Below, one piece after another: positions 8,557 through 14,338 of a DNA stretch of 14,338 bases. The position numbers and the translations under genes are program-made. Every line of letters begins with the position of its first letter. The first letter of the stretch is position 1. Location of the stretch: positions 1 to 14,338 of the forward strand of contig JAYEMF010000078.1 in the NCBI GenBank assembly GCA_034717975.1, in the 5' to 3' direction. Under the pieces are notes generated by a model. The model saw only the letters and a list, made by a program, of their open reading frames with translations, had not been told where the DNA came from and searched no databases. This DNA comes from Campylobacterota bacterium (lineage in GTDB: Bacteria; Campylobacterota; Campylobacteria; Campylobacterales; Sulfurimonadaceae).

Positions 8557-8961
8557 ATGAAAGTTGTAACAGGCGTAGTCGGTAACGATATCCACGTTGT
8601 CGCCAACAGGCTGATCGATATCTCGCTTGAAGAGCGCGGATTTGAGGTCTTTAATCTTGGGGTAAACACCTACCTTGAGGAGTTTATGGATGCGGTGATC
8701 GAGACCGATGCGGATGTACTGCTGATCTCGTCACTCAATGGTGAAGCAGAGGGTTGGTGCCGTGACCTTCAGATACTCAAAAATCAATACGATTTTCGTG
8801 ATGTCGTCTTTATGATCGGCGGTAATCTTGGTGTGGGTGAGATGGACTCGGAAACGCTGGTGCCAAAATTTCAGAATTATGGCTTTGACCTGGTCTTTCA
8901 CCAGGTCGATCTAAATGAAGGGCTGGACCAGCTTGAAGCCTTTTTGGAGGCGCGCCGATGA
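8557..8961 (+). CDS. glmS: Glutamate mutase (methylaspartate mutase) sigma subunit, B12-binding
   Basis: 134 aa; base-off/His-on motif DIHVVA (DxHxxG variant), SSLNG and IGGNL, as in clostridial GlmS/MutS/MamA. ATGA overlap with glmE. Confidence 0.92.
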   Translation: MKVVTGVVGNDIHVVANRLIDISLEERGFEVFNLGVNTYLEEFMDAVIETDADVLLISSLNGEAEGWCRDLQILKNQYDFRDVVFMIGGNLGVGEMDSETLVPKFQNYGFDLVFHQVDLNEGLDQLEAFLEARR

Positions 8962-10319
8962 GCCTGCTGCAGCGCGAACGCGAGATTATTGTCAATAACG
9001 AATATATTGACAATTTTGATTTCGACGAGGTCAAAGCCTTTATCAAGGGGGCGAGCAAAGACCTCTTTATCTCCCATAAATTTAAAACCTCCAACGAGAT
9101 GCTGGTCCAGCCGCGCGGCGGTTTTCCGACCTATGAGAAGGTGTTTCAGCTTTACAAAGAGTTCAAAGAGGCCAATGTCGATGTCCTTCCGTTGACCATC
9201 GACTCCAACACCCGCCTCAACGACTATGCCAGTGCCAAAAAGATGCTGGCCCTCTCCGAAGAGAATGATGTCGATATGCTAAACGGCTACCCGCTGGTCA
9301 ATCACGGCTACCGTACTACGCGCAAGATGATCACGCATTACAATACTCCGGTGAGTCTGCGTCACGGTACGCCGGATGCTCGTCTGCTGGTCGAGACGGC
9401 GCTCGCTTCGGGGATCTTCGAGATCGAAGGCGGTCCGATCACCTACCTGCTGCCATACTCCAAAAACTTCCCGATGGACAAGGCCTTTTTGTACTGGAAG
9501 TATGTCGAGCGTGTCTGTGCCGCTTACTCTGACCTGAATGAACCGATCAACCGTGAGTCATTCGGACCACTCAGTGCGACACTTCAGCCGCCTGCCATTG
9601 TCATTGTCATTCAGCTTCTTGAGATGCTCCTTTCACTCGAAGAGGGGGTCAAGTCCTTCTCGGTCAGCTTTTCACAGACCGGTTCGATGACGCAGGACAT
9701 TGTCTCCTCCATCGTGATCAAAAAACTCGCACGTAAATATGCCGACAGGTTCGGTCATGAAGATGCGACGATCAACCTTGTCTATCATCAGTGGATGGGA
9801 GCCTTCCCTTACAATAAAGAGTATTCGGATTCACTCATCAACACCTCGACGGTCATTGCCGCGATGGTCGGTGCCGACAAGATCATCACCAAGACCCGTA
9901 ACGAAGCTTTCGGTATTCCGACCAAAGAGGCCAATGCGATGGCGGTCGCCAATGTCAAGTACACACTGGGGATGCTTAAAGGGCTGCCGGTAGTGGGTGA
10001 TGAGGAGGAAGAGGAGAACCTCACCAATGAAGTCGATGAGATCCTCGAAGCGGTCTTTAACGACGGTGCCGATACCCTCTGGCGGCAGGTGTTCAATGCG
10101 ATTAAAAAGGGGTACATCGATATCCCGTTCTCGCCTCATATCATCAATGCCAACGAAGTGATCACTATTCGTGACCCTGAGAGCAACATTCGCATCCTTA
10201 AAAAAGGAAACCTTCCGATCTCAGATAAAAGTTTCGCCTTTGAGCAGTCCAAAATCAAACTGGCTGAAGGTGAACGCGTGGTGGATAAGATTATAAAAGA
10301 TATAGGGATCATGTTATGA
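8958..10319 (+). CDS. glmE: Glutamate mutase (methylaspartate mutase) epsilon subunit
   Basis: Motifs QPRGG, LPLTIDSNTR, LNGYPLVNHG, RHGTPDARLL, EGGPITYLLPY, NRESFGPL, HQWMGAFP and ITKTRNEA match GlmE/MutE/MamB, including the three substrate-binding Arg and the catalytic Glu. Confidence 0.95.
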   Translation: MSLLQREREIIVNNEYIDNFDFDEVKAFIKGASKDLFISHKFKTSNEMLVQPRGGFPTYEKVFQLYKEFKEANVDVLPLTIDSNTRLNDYASAKKMLALSEENDVDMLNGYPLVNHGYRTTRKMITHYNTPVSLRHGTPDARLLVETALASGIFEIEGGPITYLLPYSKNFPMDKAFLYWKYVERVCAAYSDLNEPINRESFGPLSATLQPPAIVIVIQLLEMLLSLEEGVKSFSVSFSQTGSMTQDIVSSIVIKKLARKYADRFGHEDATINLVYHQWMGAFPYNKEYSDSLINTSTVIAAMVGADKIITKTRNEAFGIPTKEANAMAVANVKYTLGMLKGLPVVGDEEEEENLTNEVDEILEAVFNDGADTLWRQVFNAIKKGYIDIPFSPHIINANEVITIRDPESNIRILKKGNLPISDKSFAFEQSKIKLAEGERVVDKIIKDIGIML

Positions 10320-11497
10320 GTAAACTGTTTATAGACATCGGCAGTACCTACTTCAAAGTGGCTGAGAACGGTACTATCAAGCAGTATTTCAGAGACTTCA
10401 ATAAAAACATTTTCGATGATCTGAACAGCAGATGTGCGGATGTCGTCAGCCGTTATGCCAAAGAGGATATCCATATCTGTAGTTCGGCCAACGGCGGTCT
10501 GAGTACGCTGATCGTCGGACTCACCAACTCGTTCAGCCTCAAATATGCAATCAATATTGCGTTTAACTCGGGAATCAATATCATCGATACGGTGCTCTAC
10601 CCGAAGATCGAGAGTTATACACCGCCGATGGAGATGATCGATGTTGTCATCGTTGTCGGAGGGATTGACAGTGTCGAGAACGTTTTTGACGTTAAGTTGC
10701 TGAACTATCTTGAAGGTGTGAATTATCAGAATATAGTCTATGTCGGCAGTGAAAAGAACCGAGCCTTTCTTCAGGATAATCTTGAAAACCTCGTGGTACT
10801 TGAAAATATCATCGACGATAAACTGAAAATTCGCGAAGAGGCACTGAAGCATTACCTGACCGATCTCTATCAGGCCGATATTGTGGGGAAAGAGGATATC
10901 AAGCAGCTCTATGCGATCACCTCCAACCAGATATTCTCGACCCCTTACATCGTCAACCGCTCTCTGCCGAAGATCAATGAACGTCTAGATGTCGTCGATC
11001 CGTTTATCGTGGTGGACATCGGCGGAGCGACGACAGACATTCACTACAGCCGCGACCTGGTGAATGACAATATCCTCACCGAGAGCGGGTACGACCGCCT
11101 GGTCTTTAAAAAACTGGGAGTCTATAAATCACGCGAAAGCCTGGTGCATACGGCGAAGCACAATGAATTTGTCTATGAACTGCTGGGGCATCTGAATGTA
11201 ACCGAGAACATTCTCGAAGAGCAGAGTGAAAAAGCGACGCGCATCCTCATGCAGCTATCTATCTTTTTGGTACTTTACAAAGTCTCCAAGCATCATGCCG
11301 CCTACATCGAGCTCAATCTCGACATCCTCAACAGTATTGTCCTGACCGGCGGAATTACGAAAGTGTTGAGTTCTGAGGAAGTGCATGAGATCATCCTCTT
11401 CTTCTACAAGAAGATTCTTCATTTCCATCACACACCGACAATCCTGCTTGACAGTGATTATGAGATCTGGACCTATGGAATTAAAGATGATGTTTAA
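10316..11497 (+). CDS. glmL: Glutamate mutase L protein (ASKHA-type ATPase, putative mutase reactivase/chaperone)
   Basis: IDIGSTYFK, CSSANGGL, VGGID and VVDIGGATTDIH motifs of GlmL (clostridial MutL, unrelated to mismatch-repair MutL). ATGA overlap with glmE. Confidence 0.88.
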   Translation: MSKLFIDIGSTYFKVAENGTIKQYFRDFNKNIFDDLNSRCADVVSRYAKEDIHICSSANGGLSTLIVGLTNSFSLKYAINIAFNSGINIIDTVLYPKIESYTPPMEMIDVVIVVGGIDSVENVFDVKLLNYLEGVNYQNIVYVGSEKNRAFLQDNLENLVVLENIIDDKLKIREEALKHYLTDLYQADIVGKEDIKQLYAITSNQIFSTPYIVNRSLPKINERLDVVDPFIVVDIGGATTDIHYSRDLVNDNILTESGYDRLVFKKLGVYKSRESLVHTAKHNEFVYELLGHLNVTENILEEQSEKATRILMQLSIFLVLYKVSKHHAAYIELNLDILNSIVLTGGITKVLSSEEVHEIILFFYKKILHFHHTPTILLDSDYEIWTYGIKDDV

Positions 11498-11504
11498 TAC
11501 GCAA

Positions 11505-11580
11505 ATCGCACTGGTGCGATGGGCTTTCCGCCGAGGAAAACCAAGTGTTAACGTAGATCAAAACATTTATTTTTTTGATC
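11505..11580 (+). promoter_or_regulatory. Three consecutive short inverted repeats in the glmL-ligase spacer
   Basis: ATCGCA-ctgg-TGCGAT (11505-11520), TTTCC-gccga-GGAAA (11525-11539) and GATCAAAA-N9-TTTTGATC (11556-11580). Function unknown. Confidence 0.4.
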
Positions 11581-11612
11581 GTGTCCAAATGAATGGTATC
11601 AAGGAGTAAATT

Positions 11613-13187
11613 ATGTCAGTAAACAGTATTCGAAACTTATTGGAAATTGCCGCTCAAACAGAGCCAGAGAAGATTGGACTTATCCACGGAACCGAGAGAT
11701 ACAGCTATGCGGAACTCCTGAGCAAAGTCAATCAGATCGCACACTACCTTACGACGATCGGTCTGAAAAAAGGGAGTCGCATCGGCATCTACTCCAACAA
11801 GAGCACCCAATCCGTTATTGCGATCCTTGCTGTTCTCTCGACTGAGTATGTCTTTGTTCCGATTACCAGACTGCTCAAACCTGAGCAGGTCAAGCACATC
11901 ATCGATGATTGCGGTATCGAATGTCTGATTACTGACAAGGCGAAGATAGAGAGCATCAAAGCGATCGATTTTAAGGCCAAGATCATCTCTTATGAAGCGA
12001 CAGATGAGAGTGATGTCTCTTTTGAAGAGATTTACAAGTGCTATACCGGTGAGATTGAGTCTGAGATCAAAGGGCATGACAATGCGGCGATTACCTACAG
12101 TTTCGGTTCGACGGGGAACCCGAAAGGGATCGTGATCGACCATCGCGCGCTCATTGACGGAGCACGCATTGTCTCAAAGTACCTCGATATCAAAAGTGAT
12201 GATGTTATCTCCGGCATACTCTCCTTTAACCTTGATTACGGACTCAATCAGATCTTTACGACGCTCTATAAAAAAGCGACACTGGCCATTCATAAATTTG
12301 TCTTGCCAAGCGACTTTTTCACCCATCTCATCAATGACAAGATCACAGTACTGCCGCTGATGCCGATCCACATCACACAGATGTTCGATGAAGACCCTCA
12401 TCGAATCCCTCAGCCAGAACACTTTAAAAACCTGCGGACCATTACATCATCGGGCGGCAATATCACCCCGCTGATGATCAAAAATATTACGACCCATTTC
12501 CAAGATGCCAGTTTCTACTCGATGCATGGTCTGACCGAGGCGTTTCGTTCAGCCTATCTTGACCCAGGCCAGATCCATATCCGTCCCAACTCAATCGGTA
12601 AAGCGATCCCCGATGTAGAGCTCTATATTGTCAACGAAGCGGGCGAAGCGTGCAAACCGCGTGAGGTTGGCGAGCTGATCCATCGTGGTGCCTGTATCTA
12701 TAAAGGGTACTGGAATGCACCGGAAGAGACGGCGCAGCGTTTTAAAAGTATCGGCATCCTCGACAAGGTGATTCATCCGGAAGGGCAGTTAACCGATGAG
12801 ATCGTCATCGCAAGCGGTGATTATGTCTATGCCGATGAAGAGGGTTATATCTACTTCGTTTCGCGTAAGGACGATATGATCAAAACCCAGGGCTTCCGTG
12901 TCAGCCCGCACGAGATAGAGAGTGTTGTCTATGCGAACATCCAGGCGATCACCGAGTGTGCCGTCTTCTCTGTACCGAATGAGGAGATCGAAGAGGAGAT
13001 CGTCATGGTCTATGGAGCCAAGAGTGAACTGGCACGCAACGAGATCCTTTTTGAACTGAAAAAACATCTGCCAAACTATATGCTTCCTGAGCAGATCATC
13101 TATAAAAAAAGTATGCCGCTTAAATCGCTGCATGAGAAGCAGGTCGATAAAGAGGCGTTGCGAAAAGAGTTTCTGGAAATTCTTTAG
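11613..13187 (+). CDS. AMP-forming adenylation enzyme (ANL superfamily; resembles exosortase-associated acyl-CoA ligase / stand-alone amino-acid adenylation enzymes)
   Basis: P-loop YSFGSTGNPKG, A4 NLDYGLNQ, A5 SMHGLTEAFRS, SIGKAIP, GELIHRG...KGYW, SGDYV, RKDDMIKTQGFRVSPHEIE, LPNYMLP. Strong AAGGAG RBS at 11601-11606. Confidence 0.9.
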   Translation: MSVNSIRNLLEIAAQTEPEKIGLIHGTERYSYAELLSKVNQIAHYLTTIGLKKGSRIGIYSNKSTQSVIAILAVLSTEYVFVPITRLLKPEQVKHIIDDCGIECLITDKAKIESIKAIDFKAKIISYEATDESDVSFEEIYKCYTGEIESEIKGHDNAAITYSFGSTGNPKGIVIDHRALIDGARIVSKYLDIKSDDVISGILSFNLDYGLNQIFTTLYKKATLAIHKFVLPSDFFTHLINDKITVLPLMPIHITQMFDEDPHRIPQPEHFKNLRTITSSGGNITPLMIKNITTHFQDASFYSMHGLTEAFRSAYLDPGQIHIRPNSIGKAIPDVELYIVNEAGEACKPREVGELIHRGACIYKGYWNAPEETAQRFKSIGILDKVIHPEGQLTDEIVIASGDYVYADEEGYIYFVSRKDDMIKTQGFRVSPHEIESVVYANIQAITECAVFSVPNEEIEEEIVMVYGAKSELARNEILFELKKHLPNYMLPEQIIYKKSMPLKSLHEKQVDKEALRKEFLEIL

Positions 13188-13189
13188 CC

Positions 13190-14143
13190 ATGCGGCTTTT
13201 TAAAGCAGCTCTGAGCGGCCTTTTTGCTGCTTTCTTGACAGTGCTGCTGATCTTTGGCAGCTGGGTACTCTGGGAGCGAAACCGTGACCCATTTGTCGCC
13301 GTTGACTTTTACCCCGGAAAAGTGAGCCTCTCTGATGACACCTCCTACACCATAGCATTTTCTGATCTCCGCAACAGATCATACCGTCACATCATTTTGT
13401 CAACGGAGCATCTGGGCGATATTGAAGCATTTATCTCTCAGCCAAAGGTGATTCCTCCCAATGGGCTTCCTATCGTTATTATTATGGGTGGTCTCGAGGT
13501 AGGCAGGGATGACTTCAAGCTCATTCCCGATCCCGGAGAAAATATCTATATTATCTTTAAATACCCCTATACTCCGGAGTACTGGTATGAAGGGGCGCCT
13601 CTTGTCGAGATTCCCGTGATCAGAAAATCGGTTTTAAGTGTGCCTTCCCAGGCATTGACGCTATACAGATGGGCCTCTGAGCAGCCGTGGGCAGAAGAGA
13701 GGCGGGTGTTATTTACCGGTTTCAGCTTCGGTGCGATGTTCCTGCCTGCCATTTATCATCTTGCTGCAGGACATGATGAAGCGCTCAATCCAGGTGTCAT
13801 CGCCTATGCGGGGGTGGATATATCGGATATTCTCTATACTAATCTGGAGGAACTTGAAACACCATGGCGCTCACTGGCGGCATGGCTGGGTGAAACGGCT
13901 ATCTATGGCGTTGAACCGGCACGCCATCTGCCCTATACCAAAAATGATTTTTTGCTTATCAACGGGACAAAAGATCATCAGATATCACCCTACAGCTGGA
14001 AAAGACTGCATCAATTGACACCTGATCCAAAAACAGTCGTGATTCTCAACGAGGGGCATATGCATCCCCGTAAACCTGAATTGACCAGAAAACTGGTCAA
14101 AATCAGCAGGGAGTGGCTGCTGGAACGAGGATTGGTTAATTAA
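13190..14143 (+). CDS. Membrane-anchored or exported alpha/beta hydrolase
   Basis: Hydrophobic N-terminal helix (about aa 6-28), oxyanion-like MGGL, nucleophile elbow GFSFG (S179), NGTKD (D262) and EGHMHP (H290). Starts 2 nt after the ligase stop. Confidence 0.8.
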   Translation: MRLFKAALSGLFAAFLTVLLIFGSWVLWERNRDPFVAVDFYPGKVSLSDDTSYTIAFSDLRNRSYRHIILSTEHLGDIEAFISQPKVIPPNGLPIVIIMGGLEVGRDDFKLIPDPGENIYIIFKYPYTPEYWYEGAPLVEIPVIRKSVLSVPSQALTLYRWASEQPWAEERRVLFTGFSFGAMFLPAIYHLAAGHDEALNPGVIAYAGVDISDILYTNLEELETPWRSLAAWLGETAIYGVEPARHLPYTKNDFLLINGTKDHQISPYSWKRLHQLTPDPKTVVILNEGHMHPRKPELTRKLVKISREWLLERGLVN

Positions 14144-14277
14144 GGGTTTTTCTTTTCAGCCCGCTCTTTTTTCTTATAGAGTTTCAGATCTTTTTTTACC
14201 TGTTGACGCAGCTCTTTTTTAAGCATATTCTTGAGCTCTTTTTTTACGAACTTGTTCAGCTTTTTCTTGTCAATCAT
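14140..14277 (-). CDS. Small lysine-rich hypothetical protein (45 aa), not in the ORF track
   Basis: Hand translation: MIDKKKLNKFVKKELKNMLKKELRQQVKKDLKLYKKKERAEKKNP*. Preceded by AAGGA-tcagtt-ATG; its stop overlaps the hydrolase stop (TTAA at 14140-14143). Confidence 0.65.
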   Translation of the reverse strand: MIDKKKLNKFVKKELKNMLKKELRQQVKKDLKLYKKKERAEKKNP

Positions 14278-14338
14278 AACTGATCCTTTTTTTTGAGGTT
14301 AACCTATGATAGATCAAATGAACTTATCAGTTAATTAA

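Noticed and set aside
10136..10852. 238-aa minus-strand ORF
   Set aside because: Antisense to glmE/glmL, with no motifs supporting a real product.
8557..11497. Mismatch-repair mutS/mutL or glucosamine-6-phosphate synthase glmS
   Set aside because: Name collisions only; the motifs are those of B12-dependent glutamate mutase components.
11498..11545. c-di-GMP-I (GEMM) riboswitch suggested by GCAAA followed by a hairpin
   Set aside because: No GNRA tetraloop and no second GCAAA/receptor arrangement; too short for the consensus.
11556..11580. FNR/Crp-type box
   Set aside because: The half-sites are in the opposite orientation and have the wrong spacing relative to TTGAT-N4-ATCAA.
11385..11609. 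74-aa ORF spanning the glmL end and the spacer
   Set aside because: Overlaps glmL out of frame by 113 nt, has no recognisable features, and runs through the hairpin region.
14150..14247. CRISPR-like or non-coding tandem repeat
   Set aside because: The 24-nt units are degenerate, contiguous and in frame with a small ORF; there are no spacers or cas genes.

Overview
Gene-dense chromosomal window, most likely from a Campylobacterota (epsilonproteobacterial, Sulfurovum/Sulfurimonas-like) bacterium. This is inferred from the PerR sequence, AAGGA ribosome-binding sites and -10-only promoters with T-tracts. Left to right: the end of a palindromic MITE-like element, a PerR/Fur regulator, an HD-GYP protein (GYC variant) and a fused ABC exporter. 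Next is a minus-strand signalling operon (NIT-domain chemoreceptor, REC-PAS-PP2C-GHKL kinase/phosphatase, STAS protein) and an RraA-family gene. Then comes a plus-strand cluster encoding B12-dependent glutamate mutase (glmS-glmE-glmL), followed not by methylaspartate ammonia-lyase but by an adenylate-forming ligase and a membrane-anchored alpha/beta hydrolase. A 45-aa lysine-rich repeat ORF missing from the ORF track closes the window. The two best candidates for undescribed systems are (1) a biosynthetic 3-methylaspartate make-and-activate module and (2) a nitrate-chemoreceptor-linked partner-switching module. All calls come from motif reading by eye; no database searches were run.
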